64,000 nucleotides of DNA from contig CAVSOU010000009.1 of the NCBI GenBank assembly GCA_963729625.1, forward strand, positions 1 to 64,000. Direction: 5' to 3'. This document shows, in pieces, positions 18,194-28,490 of the stretch; the stretch's first letter is position 1, and each line of letters starts with the position of its first letter. The notes under the pieces are model-generated. The model was given only the letters and a program-made list of their open reading frames with translations. It ran no database searches and was not told the origin of the DNA. The DNA comes from an uncultured bacterium. Its GTDB lineage: Bacteria > Chloroflexota > UBA5177 > JANWHV01. Both the position numbers and the translations under genes were made by a program.

Positions 18194-20005
18194 ATGGCAC
18201 CAGTTCGGATCGCTTTGCGGATCGTTTTGCTGGCTTTGTTGTGCATCACACTTCAGGCCGCGCCCGGGCACGCCGCTGTCGGCGCGACTCAGCAGCGCCA
18301 CCGAGGCACCCTCACGATTGCCTACTCCTCCGCGTGGTCCTATGTCCGGCTCGGCCCGATTGGCCCGTTCGCCTACAACGGCGACAACTTGGGCGCCCAA
18401 CCACTCGTGGACGGTCCGTTTGCCGTCGACGACAAGGGCCGGTACGTCGCCGATCTGGCGACTGTCGTGCCCAGCGTCACGAACGACGGCATCCGCGTGA
18501 TCAACGGGGATGAGGTGGCGACGGTCCACCTCAAGCCGGGCCAGCGCTGGTCGGACGGCTCCCCCATCACGCCAGCGGACTACATCGGTGCCATGCTTCT
18601 CAGCGACGCTCCGGCTGTGCGGTGCCCGTGCCTCACGGTGATCAAAGGCGTGACGGCCTCGACCAGCACCGTCACCATCACTTTTGCCGGCATCTTTGGG
18701 CCGGAGCTCCCCGGCATCTTTCCCGCTCCCATGCCGATCGAGTACCTCCAGCGCAAGTACGGGGTGCGGCTCCCCGCCAAGCTCCTGGTTTCCTTCAGCC
18801 CGGCTGATGCCGGCGCGCTCTACGCTAGCCCATCCTACCAGGGCTCGGCACTGCAGCGGCTGGTCCAGCACTGGGGCCAGGATCCCTATAACAGCGTGGG
18901 CGACCTGTATAGTGGCCCCTACATGCCCGCCCAGCCGACGACTGAGACACTGCAGGTCCTGGTGCCCAACCCTTATTACGCCGCGCTGCCGCCTGACCCC
19001 CACCATCCCCGTCCGGCGCAGATCCGCACCGTCGTGCTCTCCGGCGACTACTTGAAAGCCGTCACCGCACCTGGAGCACAGATCTACGATTGGACGCTTT
19101 ATCCCGACCTCACCGCTGAGCCCGCCAACCTTCAATCCCTCCTAACGCAGGCAGGCTACCGCCTGGTGCTGGAACACGACTACGGGGTTGAGTTCCTGGA
19201 GCTGAACCTGGCCACGCCGGCACTCCGCGACGTGCGGGTGCGGCAAGCGATCTCCTACGCGATCGACCGGGAAGCGTACCTGCGGGCCATCTACCCGCAG
19301 CTATCCGCCGTGCAGCGCGATGCCTCGATGCTTGCGGCACCCTTCCCCCTTACGTCGCCCTGGTCGATCAACGACCAGCTGTCCCGAAATCCCTACGATC
19401 CGGCCAAGGCGCGTGCCCTGCTGGCGGCGGCCGGCTATGCCAGCAGGCCGGGCGCGCCGGGGCGGCACCTAAGTCTGGACTTCGTCACCAGCGGAGCGCC
19501 CTATCGGGTAACCAGCGGACGAACGCTGCGGCGGCTGCTGGCGCCCTTCGGCATCACGCTGCGGCTGCAGTTTGTGCCGCAGCGCGCCCCGATCGGCCTG
19601 TTCGCCCCTTACGACCAGGGCGGCGTCCTGGCGCGCGGTCGCTTCGACATCGCGCAGATTCTGGATCTGGATGGCATCGAGCCCAGCCCTAACTTGACGT
19701 CGGGCTTCGACCCCGGCCAGATTCCGGACGCAAACCATCCCAACGGTATCAATTATGGCGGTGTGCGTGACGTGCGGCTCCTGCAACTGGCGACGCAAGC
19801 GACACGCACGCTGGACGACGGAGTGCGCTACCAGCTCTCCGCACAGGCGCAGCGCCTGATCGTCGACGACGCCTACTGGATTCCGCTCTTCGACCCGCCG
19901 CACGTTGCCGCGCTGCGTACGACGTTTGGCAATTATCGGGGTGGTGGAGACGCGTGGTCCGATTCCTGGAACGCCTTCGCGTGGTACCGGAATGCCGCGC
20001 ACTGA
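18194..20005 (+). CDS. Family 5 (peptide/nickel) extracellular solute-binding protein, paralog 1
   Basis: LKPGQRWSDGSPIT, DVRVRQAISYAIDRE, YDPAKARALL. Confidence 0.9.
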   Translation: MAPVRIALRIVLLALLCITLQAAPGHAAVGATQQRHRGTLTIAYSSAWSYVRLGPIGPFAYNGDNLGAQPLVDGPFAVDDKGRYVADLATVVPSVTNDGIRVINGDEVATVHLKPGQRWSDGSPITPADYIGAMLLSDAPAVRCPCLTVIKGVTASTSTVTITFAGIFGPELPGIFPAPMPIEYLQRKYGVRLPAKLLVSFSPADAGALYASPSYQGSALQRLVQHWGQDPYNSVGDLYSGPYMPAQPTTETLQVLVPNPYYAALPPDPHHPRPAQIRTVVLSGDYLKAVTAPGAQIYDWTLYPDLTAEPANLQSLLTQAGYRLVLEHDYGVEFLELNLATPALRDVRVRQAISYAIDREAYLRAIYPQLSAVQRDASMLAAPFPLTSPWSINDQLSRNPYDPAKARALLAAAGYASRPGAPGRHLSLDFVTSGAPYRVTSGRTLRRLLAPFGITLRLQFVPQRAPIGLFAPYDQGGVLARGRFDIAQILDLDGIEPSPNLTSGFDPGQIPDANHPNGINYGGVRDVRLLQLATQATRTLDDGVRYQLSAQAQRLIVDDAYWIPLFDPPHVAALRTTFGNYRGGGDAWSDSWNAFAWYRNAAH

Positions 20006-20079
20006 GCGGACCGCGCTCCTGGCTGACTCTGCGCGCTGGCTGGCTGGGGCACTGTACGCGGAGTAGAGGAGGTCCCGAC

Positions 20080-21918
20080 ATGGCACCAGTTCGGATCGTT
20101 ATTCGGCTCGTTCTGCTCAGCCTGCTGTGCGGCGTGTTCCCGGCAGCGCCCAGGTCCACTGTTGCCGGAGCGACTCAACAGCGCTACTCCGGTACCCTCA
20201 CGCTGGCCTGGTACAACTGGTCCACGGAGACGCTCAGTTATGCTGGACCCTTCCCCTATGGTGGGGCGGGACTGGGGAGTGGGGGAAGTTGGTACGGCGC
20301 CCAACCACTGGTGGATACTCCTATCACCGTCGACGACCGTGGCCGGTATTTCGCCGATCTGGCCACGGTCGTGCCCACCGTCGCCAACGGCGGCGTCCGC
20401 GTGGTCAACGGGGATGAAGTCGTGACCGTCCGCCTCAAGCCGGGCCAGCGCTGGTCCGATGGTTCCCCTATCACGCCTGCCGACTACACCGGTTCCATGC
20501 TCCTCAGCTATGCTCCCGTGTGGGGTAGTGCGTTTCTCCCCTACAAGACCGTGACGGCCTCGCCGAGTACGCTCATCGTCACCTACGACGGCATCGTTGG
20601 CCCGGCCCTCGACAACAGTATTCCCGCCCCCATTCCCATCGAGTACCTCCAGCGCAAGTACGGCGTGCGGCTCTCCGCCAAGCTGCTGGCCTCCTTTAAT
20701 TCGGTGGATGCCGCCGCACTCTATGCCAGCCCCTCCTACCAGGGCTCGGCCTTGCAGCGGCTAGTGCAGCGGTGGAGCCAGGATCTCTACAACGGCCCGG
20801 GCGATGTGTTCAACGGTCCCTACATGCCCGCCCGGCCGTTTACCGCTCAGCTCGCGATCGAAGTACCCAACCCCTATTACGCCGCGCTGGCGCCCGATCC
20901 GCGCCATCTCCGCCCGGCGCAGATCCGCACGGTCGTGCTTAAAGGTGACTACCTCAAGGCCGTCACCGCGCCCGGAGCGCGGAACTACGATTTCGTCACT
21001 TTTCCATTTCCCGAGCTGGCTGCCGAGCCCGCCGACCTGCAGTTCCGTCTGGCACGGGCCGGCTATCGGGTGGTGCTGGCGCACAACCAGTACCTTGAGC
21101 ATTTGGAGCTGAACCTGGACAGCCCGGCACTGCGGGACGTGCGGGTGCGGCGTGCACTGTCCTACGCCATTGACCGGGAGGCCTACCTGCTGGCAGTCCT
21201 CCCGCAACTCACGCCCGCGCAGCGCGACGCCACGCTCGATGCTGCGCCGTGGCCCTTCACCTCACCCTGGTCGATCAACGGCCAGCTACCCCGCAATCCC
21301 TACGATCCGGCAAAGGCGCGTGCCCTGCTGGCGGCGGCCGGCTACGCCACCAGTGCGGGCGGGCCTGGGCGGCACCTCAGCCTGGACTTCGTGACCAACG
21401 CATCGCCGTTTCGGGCGACCAGTGCGCGCACGTTGCAGCGGCTGCTGGCGCCCTTCGGTATCACCCTGCGTCTCCACTTTATCTCGCAGCACGCCCCGAT
21501 CGGCCTGTTTGCCCCCTATGACCAGGGCGGCGTCCTGGCGCGGGGCCACTTCGACATCGTGGAGTTTGCGTACGGGACCAATGTTGAGCTAGCCGCCTCT
21601 GCCACGCCCTTGTTCGACCCCGGCCAGGTCCCGGACGCCAACCATCCCAACGGCGAGAACTATAGCAGAGTGCGTGACGTGCCGCTCCTCCAGCTGCTGA
21701 CGCAGGCAACGCACACGCTGGACGACGGGGCACGATATCAGCTCTCCGCGCAGGTGCAGCGCCGGGTCGTCGACAACGTCTACTGGATCCCGCTCTTTGA
21801 CTGGCCGTACGTCGTCGGGCTGCGCGCGACGTTTGGCAATTTCCGGGCGGGTTCGTTGAACTTTCCCATGACTGAGTTCTGGAATGCCTTCGAATGGTAT
21901 CGGAGCGGCACGGATTGA
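20080..21918 (+). CDS. Family 5 extracellular solute-binding protein, paralog 2
   Basis: Same motifs as paralog 1. GGAGG RBS and a duplicated ATGGCACCAGTTCGGATCG start. Confidence 0.9.
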   Translation: MAPVRIVIRLVLLSLLCGVFPAAPRSTVAGATQQRYSGTLTLAWYNWSTETLSYAGPFPYGGAGLGSGGSWYGAQPLVDTPITVDDRGRYFADLATVVPTVANGGVRVVNGDEVVTVRLKPGQRWSDGSPITPADYTGSMLLSYAPVWGSAFLPYKTVTASPSTLIVTYDGIVGPALDNSIPAPIPIEYLQRKYGVRLSAKLLASFNSVDAAALYASPSYQGSALQRLVQRWSQDLYNGPGDVFNGPYMPARPFTAQLAIEVPNPYYAALAPDPRHLRPAQIRTVVLKGDYLKAVTAPGARNYDFVTFPFPELAAEPADLQFRLARAGYRVVLAHNQYLEHLELNLDSPALRDVRVRRALSYAIDREAYLLAVLPQLTPAQRDATLDAAPWPFTSPWSINGQLPRNPYDPAKARALLAAAGYATSAGGPGRHLSLDFVTNASPFRATSARTLQRLLAPFGITLRLHFISQHAPIGLFAPYDQGGVLARGHFDIVEFAYGTNVELAASATPLFDPGQVPDANHPNGENYSRVRDVPLLQLLTQATHTLDDGARYQLSAQVQRRVVDNVYWIPLFDWPYVVGLRATFGNFRAGSLNFPMTEFWNAFEWYRSGTD

Positions 21919-21922
21919 GCGG

Positions 21923-24900
21923 TCAGCAGAGCGGGCGGCGAGGCTCGCCGCTGAGATACTGCGACCACTCCACCGGTGACAGTTCGCGGTTGGCCTGGGC
22001 ACAGGCGCGCGCGGTCCAGGTCGGCACGCCCATCTGCCAGAGGCGGACGGTGCCATCGGCGCCGGCGGAGAGCAGCAGCCGGCCATCGCGACTGAAGGCT
22101 AGGCCGCTGACAGCATCGCCGTGGCCGGTGAGCGGCGCGCCGATAGGCTGCCCACTGGCCACATCCCAGAGCCGCACCGTGGTGTCGGCGCTGCCGGAGG
22201 CGAGGGTGGTGCCGTCGGGACTGAAGTCCAGGCTTGTGATGCTGTCGGTGTGGCCGCCGAGCGGCGGGCTCGCCGGCAGGCCGGTGGCGGCGTTCCAGAG
22301 ATGGATTTCCCGATCCGTGCCTGCAGTGGCCAGCAGCTTGCCGTCCGGGCTGAACGCCACGCTATTCACGCTGCCCGTGATGCCGGCAAAGGGCAGGTCG
22401 ATCTGCCGCCTGTGAGCCAGATCCCACACCTCGATGGATCCATCGCCCGCGCCCACGGCGAGCCGTCGCCCATCCGGGCTGAAGGCCACGCTGTAGATCC
22501 CGTAGCCGTTGGTCGTCAGCGGCTCGCCCAGTCGTCTACCGTGTGCCACGTCCCACAGCATGAGGCTCCCATCGTTATTGCCGCTCCCCGAAGCCAATAT
22601 CCTGCCGTCCGGGCTGAATGCCAGGCAGATCACCACATCGGTGTGGCCGGTGAGCACGCCGAGCTCGCGGCCGCTCGCCGTGTCCCATAGACGTACCTGG
22701 TTATCGTTGCTGCCGGAGGCCAGCAGCCTGCCGTCCGGACTGAAGGCCACGCTCACCACCGAGTCTGTATGGCCCCGCAGCATGGCACGGACGCGGTGGT
22801 GTGCAAGGTCATAGAGCCAGACGTCGTTCCCGCTGCCGGAAGCCAGCAGGTCGCCACGCCGGCTGAGCGCCAGGCCCGCCGCGCCGCCGCCGGGCACGGC
22901 GATGGGGAGGCTCAGCGAGGAGGCACGTTCCACCGACCACAGCCCGATCGTGCCGTCCGCTTTGCCCGCCGCGAGCGTGCTGCCATCCGGGCTGAACGCC
23001 AGGTTGTTCACTGCTCCCGTGCGGCCGGGGAACGGGGCGCCGATCTGCTGCCTGCTCTCCACGTCCCACAACCGCACGGTCTGGTCGGCGCTCCCCGAGG
23101 CCAGCAGCATGCCGTCCGGACTGAAGGCCAGGCTGGTGATGCGACCGGTATGTCCGCTGAGAAGGCTGGCCGGTCGCCCGAGTGCCACATCCCACAGCCG
23201 GATAGTGCGGTCGTCGCCGCCGGAGGCCAGCAGCGAACCGTTCGGGCTGAAGGCGACGGCAGTCACGCTGCCGGTATGACCACGTAGCGGGGGGCCGACG
23301 GTGCGACCGCGCGCGATGTCCCAGAGACGGATCGTGCCGTCTGCAGCGCCGACGGCGAGGAGACTGCCGTTAGGGTCGAAGGCCAGGCTGCCCGGGTAGC
23401 TGACGTGGTCGCTCAGCGGCTGGCCGACCGGCCGCCCGTGTGCCACGTCCCACAGCCGGATGTAGGCATCACTGCCGCCGTAGGCCAGCACCGGCGCGAC
23501 CGGGCTGAACGCGAGATTGGTGATACTGCCCTGCTGGCCGAGACTGCCACCGCCCGGCGAACCGGCAAGCACCTCGGCCGTAGGCCGGCGCGCGGTCAGG
23601 TCCCACAGCCGGATAGTGCCGTCAAGGCTCGCCGAGGCCAGCGTCCTGCCGTCGTGGCTGATGGCGATGCTGGTCACGCTCTCGCTGTGCCCGGTGAGCG
23701 GTTGCCCGCGCGGCTGCCTGCTGGCGAGATCCCAGAGTCGAATGGTCTTATCCGTGCCGCTCGAGGCCAGGGTCTTGCCGTCGGGGCTGAACGCCAGGCT
23801 CAGCACCGGACCCTGATGGCCGGAGAGGAAGGCTATCAGCCGCGGGTCGTGCTGCAGGTTGCGCAGGAGGCTGTCGCGCGCCTCCGCCGTATCGTGGACC
23901 CGACTGGCAGCGACGCTCAGCAGGAGCGCCAGGTCGGGCGCATCGTCCATGTGGGTGAGCGCCTGCGCGGAGAGCTGGCGGGATAGCGAGATCTCGCGCT
24001 CGGAAAGCGCCAGGTTCCTCGCCTCCGCGGCACTCCTGGCGTTGTCATCGGCGGTGTTCGCCTTCTCGAGGGCCAACACACTGAGCCCGGCGGACACCAC
24101 CAGGAACACCACCAGCACGCCCGCCAGGTAGCGCATGCGGGTGGCCGCGCTTCGGTTGGCCTGAGCGGCGGCGCGGGCCAGCGCCAGTTCCCGCGCGTGC
24201 TGCTCCTGTTCCGCCGCTGCCTGGCGCACCCGCTCCGCCACGCCCGCCTGCAGGAAGGCCCCTTCTGTCGCACTCGGGGTGTTCCGCTCCTGCCAGCCCA
24301 ATGCTTCGTCGAGCAGCGCGCCACGATAGACCCGGTCGGCCGGACTGCAGTGCTGCACCCACTCCGCCGCGTCGGCGCTGATCGCGTGCTGCATGCGGAT
24401 GTCCTCCCGTGCCTCCCGCAGCCAGTCCGCCACGCGACCCCACTCGCGGATCAGCGCCTCGTGACTCACCTCGATCGTGGTCACGCCTGCGTGCTCGTTG
24501 GTTACCAGCAGGCGCGCCGCCACGAAGGCGTCCGCCACCTCGCGCATGACTTGGCTTTGCGTGGGGTCGGACGGCTCGAGCTCGGCCAGGGCGGCGCGGC
24601 GCCGAGTGGTGTCCTGCTCGGTTGCGCCCGGGTCAATCAGCCGCAGATACAACGCCCTCGCCAGCCGCCGATGCTCGTCGGACGGCAGCGCGGCAAAAGT
24701 GGCTTCGGCATGGCGGGCCAGCGCTCCGCGCACGCCGCCCAGCTCCCGGTAGGCAGCGAGCGTGATAGTCCGGCCTTCCCGCCGATCGAAGAGCTGATCC
24801 AGCGTGAACTGCATCAGCGGCAGCGCGCCCACCTCGCCTCGCACCTCGAAGAGCAGGTCGCCGACCAGGTCGGGCTCAAAGCCGATTTGCACGCCGGGCA

Positions 24901-26263
24901 GCGAGGCAGGGCCATCGATAGCCTCGCGCAACTCAGCGACGGTCATGGGCGGGATCAACCTGCTCCGGCTCTGCAGCAGGCCGACCAGCGAGCCATAGCG
25001 CAATGGCCGGTCGTAGAAGTCGGCGCGCAGGGTCACGATAGCCAGGAGCGGCCCGCGCGGTTCGGTCACGGCGGTGACCAGCAGGTCGACGAACTGCTGT
25101 CGCTCGTCCTCATCAAGCGCGAGGGTGAACAGCTCCTCGAACTGGTCCACCACCAGCACGACTTTGCTGCCTGCCTGGCGTGCCAGCCCGCTAGCCAGCA
25201 GGTGCAGGGCGCGTGGTGACGTTTCCAGGTCCTCGCCGATCGCCGACAGGCTGCCGGCGGGCATGGCCGCGTGCAGGGCGACAGTCAATGCCTCGACAGG
25301 GTGCGTGCCGGGCACCAGCGGCTCCAGGTAGATCCATCGCTCGCTGCCCGGCAGTGCCCCGGCTTGCAAGGCGGGCAGCATGCCGGCCTGCACCAGGCTG
25401 GACTTGCCCGAGCCGCTCGGCCCTACCACCGCGAGGAAGCGGGGCGCACCCGCTAGATCCGCCTGGAGGCCGGCGATCAGCGTTGCGACGAAGCGCGCGC
25501 GGCCAAAGAAGTCGCGGGCATCCGCTCCGGTGAAAGCACGAAGTCCCTTGTAGGGGTTGCGCGGCGCCGGGCTCGACGGCGACGCGGTGCGGTAGGCCGG
25601 CGCCGTGTGACGGTTCTCGCTGCGGAGCATACCGAGCAACTCGTGCATGCCGGAGGCGTAAGCGGCGCCGCGAAGGTCGAGGTAGCGCACCTGGCTCCAG
25701 CCGGGCGGGGCGCAGTCCGGCCAGTGCTCCCCGGCTACCCAGAGCGGCTGCACCGTGCTCGCATACATCTCGGCAATACGCAGGACATCGGCCACGTAGC
25801 GCGAGGCGCGGGCGAGCGGCGAGACGAGCAGCAGCACCGCTTGGGCGCTGCGCAGCGCGTCCCGGAGGACATGCTCCCTGGCGGCAGTGCCCGGCTTCAG
25901 CTCATACCCGTCCAGCCAGCCGGCCAAGCCGCCTGCCCGCAGGTCTACGAGCAGTCGTTCGGCTGTAGCAAAATCCTCGGGCGCAGTGCAGATGGCGACG
26001 AAGGGTGGCTCGGGCAGGGCCATGCCCCGGTGCCGGCGTGCAGCGTCCTCCAGCACCGCACGCTCCCCGGCATCCAGCTTGAGCGCGGCGATTAGCAACT
26101 CCTGGGTCGCCGCGTGCGGCGCGCTGCTGATACCCCGCTCCAGGTCGCTCAAGCCCCGCAAGCTGATACCGGCCGCCTCGGCCAGCTCTTCCTGCGTGAG
26201 CCCTGCCCTGCCGCGGTAGCGCTTGAGCACCTCGCCAAAAGACTGAGACTGCTGCGTGGGCAT
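21923..26263 (-). CDS. XRE HTH-TIR-like-nSTAND1 NTPase-transmembrane-WD40 protein
   Basis: LTQEELAEAAGIS, NPYKGLRAF, GPSGSGKSS, VVDQFEELF, one hydrophobic helix, 14 WD40 repeats. GGAGG RBS before ATG 26263. Confidence 0.92.
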   Translation of the reverse strand: MPTQQSQSFGEVLKRYRGRAGLTQEELAEAAGISLRGLSDLERGISSAPHAATQELLIAALKLDAGERAVLEDAARRHRGMALPEPPFVAICTAPEDFATAERLLVDLRAGGLAGWLDGYELKPGTAAREHVLRDALRSAQAVLLLVSPLARASRYVADVLRIAEMYASTVQPLWVAGEHWPDCAPPGWSQVRYLDLRGAAYASGMHELLGMLRSENRHTAPAYRTASPSSPAPRNPYKGLRAFTGADARDFFGRARFVATLIAGLQADLAGAPRFLAVVGPSGSGKSSLVQAGMLPALQAGALPGSERWIYLEPLVPGTHPVEALTVALHAAMPAGSLSAIGEDLETSPRALHLLASGLARQAGSKVVLVVDQFEELFTLALDEDERQQFVDLLVTAVTEPRGPLLAIVTLRADFYDRPLRYGSLVGLLQSRSRLIPPMTVAELREAIDGPASLPGVQIGFEPDLVGDLLFEVRGEVGALPLMQFTLDQLFDRREGRTITLAAYRELGGVRGALARHAEATFAALPSDEHRRLARALYLRLIDPGATEQDTTRRRAALAELEPSDPTQSQVMREVADAFVAARLLVTNEHAGVTTIEVSHEALIREWGRVADWLREAREDIRMQHAISADAAEWVQHCSPADRVYRGALLDEALGWQERNTPSATEGAFLQAGVAERVRQAAAEQEQHARELALARAAAQANRSAATRMRYLAGVLVVFLVVSAGLSVLALEKANTADDNARSAAEARNLALSEREISLSRQLSAQALTHMDDAPDLALLLSVAASRVHDTAEARDSLLRNLQHDPRLIAFLSGHQGPVLSLAFSPDGKTLASSGTDKTIRLWDLASRQPRGQPLTGHSESVTSIAISHDGRTLASASLDGTIRLWDLTARRPTAEVLAGSPGGGSLGQQGSITNLAFSPVAPVLAYGGSDAYIRLWDVAHGRPVGQPLSDHVSYPGSLAFDPNGSLLAVGAADGTIRLWDIARGRTVGPPLRGHTGSVTAVAFSPNGSLLASGGDDRTIRLWDVALGRPASLLSGHTGRITSLAFSPDGMLLASGSADQTVRLWDVESRQQIGAPFPGRTGAVNNLAFSPDGSTLAAGKADGTIGLWSVERASSLSLPIAVPGGGAAGLALSRRGDLLASGSGNDVWLYDLAHHRVRAMLRGHTDSVVSVAFSPDGRLLASGSNDNQVRLWDTASGRELGVLTGHTDVVICLAFSPDGRILASGSGNNDGSLMLWDVAHGRRLGEPLTTNGYGIYSVAFSPDGRRLAVGAGDGSIEVWDLAHRRQIDLPFAGITGSVNSVAFSPDGKLLATAGTDREIHLWNAATGLPASPPLGGHTDSITSLDFSPDGTTLASGSADTTVRLWDVASGQPIGAPLTGHGDAVSGLAFSRDGRLLLSAGADGTVRLWQMGVPTWTARACAQANRELSPVEWSQYLSGEPRRPLC

Positions 26264-26554
26264 GCCACCCTCCGCCTGCCAACTCCCCAGCCCGCCGGTG
26301 CGGATCCGCATCGCAAGTGCGCCAGCAGCTATCGGCACCTAGCATACGCTATTGCTGCCGTGCATGCCCACCGCGGAATCAAACATGAGGGTGTCCTCCT
26401 GTGCTCGTCCGTGGCAGCGGGTCAGTCCGGCAATGCGGCACGCGTGGCGGGGCTCCTGGGAGGGGCCGCCTCAGTCATGACCTGCGCTCCCGGCACAATC
26501 CTGCCGCCGGACGAACACGTGATGGGTCGTATCGTGAGCACGGCGACCCGATGC

Positions 26555-27757
26555 TCACCCGCCTTTCACGACGCTCACGTGGTACTTCATGTTCTGGGCC
26601 GTGATCTCCAGACGGCAGCCACGCGAGCAGTTCGCGTGCTCCACGACCGTCTTCGACCCCGAGGCGATCTGGGCGTCGAACGGCACGCTCGTCTGGCCGG
26701 TGCTATCGTGCAGGTTCAGACCAAAGAGCGCGTTGCCGCTCTCTCCGGGCATCACGCTCCACTGGCTGTGGATCGTAAACGCGCCGGCGACCGTGAACGC
26801 CGGAGTCATCCTGCTCATATCGTTCGCGCCCGACACGTCGAGCACCGTGCCGCCAGGGTGCGGCGCGGGTGTTGGCGTCGCCGGCGCAGCCTGCAGTGCG
26901 GGCGGGTGCGTGCCCTGCTGGGTGGCGGTCTGCCCCGCACCGACATTCACCGTCACGCTCGCAGCGCGTATCCACTCAGCGCCGCTGATGACGTGGAGGG
27001 TGGTGAGCTGGGACTTGGGATCGTAGGAGACCCAGAATTCGGTGTAGCGGCCGCCGAGCGTGGCGCGCTCAGTGCTGACCGGGATGTCGTTATGTCCGCC
27101 GAATTGGCTGGTGATGTTCGCCCACACTTTCCCAAGCGTCAGTCCGAGCCGAATCTTCCAGTTCGTCGTCCCCGCGTCAAACGTGCAGCCGGCGGGTACT
27201 TCAAGGCTCGAGCCGGCCGCCATCCTGATCACCGAGTTGTCGCCCAGCGTCATCTCCACGTCCTGGTCCGCGGCGATAACCTGGCCCGGCGTCAGATGTG
27301 TTGCCTTCAAATCGGCTAGGTGGCTCGGCCCGCCGTTCGGGTTCTCCACGCTCACGATCTCGGTCTCGTCGTCCGTGCAGGGGTTCACGGGCTTCGCGCT
27401 GATGGTGAACGAGGCCAGCACGACATCGGTGGGATCCAGGTAGTAGATCATCCGATAGTGCGCAGGTCGATAGAACGTGCTGGCGCAGAAATATGGATCC
27501 GATGGGTCACCTTGCCTGCCCAGGTCCCCTACGTCCCGCCAGTAGTGCCACCCGCCGGCGGCCCACACCTCGAACTTGGTCCACCAGGCGCCCGGACCGC
27601 ACTTGCCCCGGACGACCGTGCCAGTGGGATACACGCGACCGGACTGGGGCACGACGCCAACGGCGAGCGCCGTCCGCGTGCCGCCGAGCGTGATGCTCGC
27701 ACCGAGCAGTCCGGCGAGCAGGCAGGACGCAAGTGCCACTCGCAACAGAGTCTTCAT
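26555..27757 (-). CDS. Secreted FecR-domain protein
   Basis: Signal peptide and EMTLGDNSVIRM...LTLGKVW...RYTEFWV...TTLHVISG. GGAGG RBS. Confidence 0.75.
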   Translation of the reverse strand: MKTLLRVALASCLLAGLLGASITLGGTRTALAVGVVPQSGRVYPTGTVVRGKCGPGAWWTKFEVWAAGGWHYWRDVGDLGRQGDPSDPYFCASTFYRPAHYRMIYYLDPTDVVLASFTISAKPVNPCTDDETEIVSVENPNGGPSHLADLKATHLTPGQVIAADQDVEMTLGDNSVIRMAAGSSLEVPAGCTFDAGTTNWKIRLGLTLGKVWANITSQFGGHNDIPVSTERATLGGRYTEFWVSYDPKSQLTTLHVISGAEWIRAASVTVNVGAGQTATQQGTHPPALQAAPATPTPAPHPGGTVLDVSGANDMSRMTPAFTVAGAFTIHSQWSVMPGESGNALFGLNLHDSTGQTSVPFDAQIASGSKTVVEHANCSRGCRLEITAQNMKYHVSVVKGG

Positions 27758-28244
27758 CGCTCACCTCCCGCCGGATCCTGTTGCGACCCGGCGCCATGGG
27801 CAGTGCCAGAGCATGTCTGTCCATCACGATAGGACGGGACATGTCCGGTGTCAAGCTGCCGAGCCCGCTTATAGGCCTGGCTGCGCGCGAGACGATTGCG
27901 ACTTCGGCCGCGAGGCTCACGTGCCGGCAGGGGATCACGCCCACAGGCTCGCACATCTCGGCCGCTGCCAGGACAAATCGCCCTGCATCGCATCGTGAGC
28001 CATGTGAACTGCCCGCTGGAAGCAGCCGCTCCCCTCTGCCTCAGAGGCGTGGCTTATGCATATCTCAACAGACGCAGCGATACGGCGGCTGACCCAGCGT
28101 GCTAGCCACGATCGACATCGACGATCTCGGCGACCAGTACGCCGGGGTGCGGCAGCGAGGCGCCATCGTCAAGCAGACTCGGCAACGCCTGAATCTGTAC
28201 CGCGCGCCAGCCGGTCGCGCAGGCACACTACCTGGCGCCGGCGT

Positions 28245-28490
28245 GAGCCGCGCAAAGCAATCTGGTGGCAGCGAGCCCAAGTCGTGTTCGGTCGGCCGGT
28301 CGCATGCGTGGGAATGGGGGTGCTAAACACCGCGCGCCGTCATGCTCCCCCCAGAAACGCTCCCGTGCCGCGCCGACTGCGCCGGCCACAGCGCGGCGCG
28401 CGTCGTCATGCAGGCCCCTACAAACGAGAAACGGGCTCCCGGCCAGTGGATGTGCCGCATGTCGGCAACAATCTTGGAAACGGTAACGAT
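28245..28490 (+). repeat. Dispersed non-coding repeat, copy C (more diverged)
   Basis: Aligns with 559-805, including GGGGGTGCT.AACACCGCGCGCC and the core motif. Confidence 0.8.

Noticed and set aside
26114-27319. 401-aa plus-strand ORF and similar antisense ORFs over the STAND and ABC genes
   Set aside because: No recognisable motifs, and they overlap well-supported genes on the other strand.
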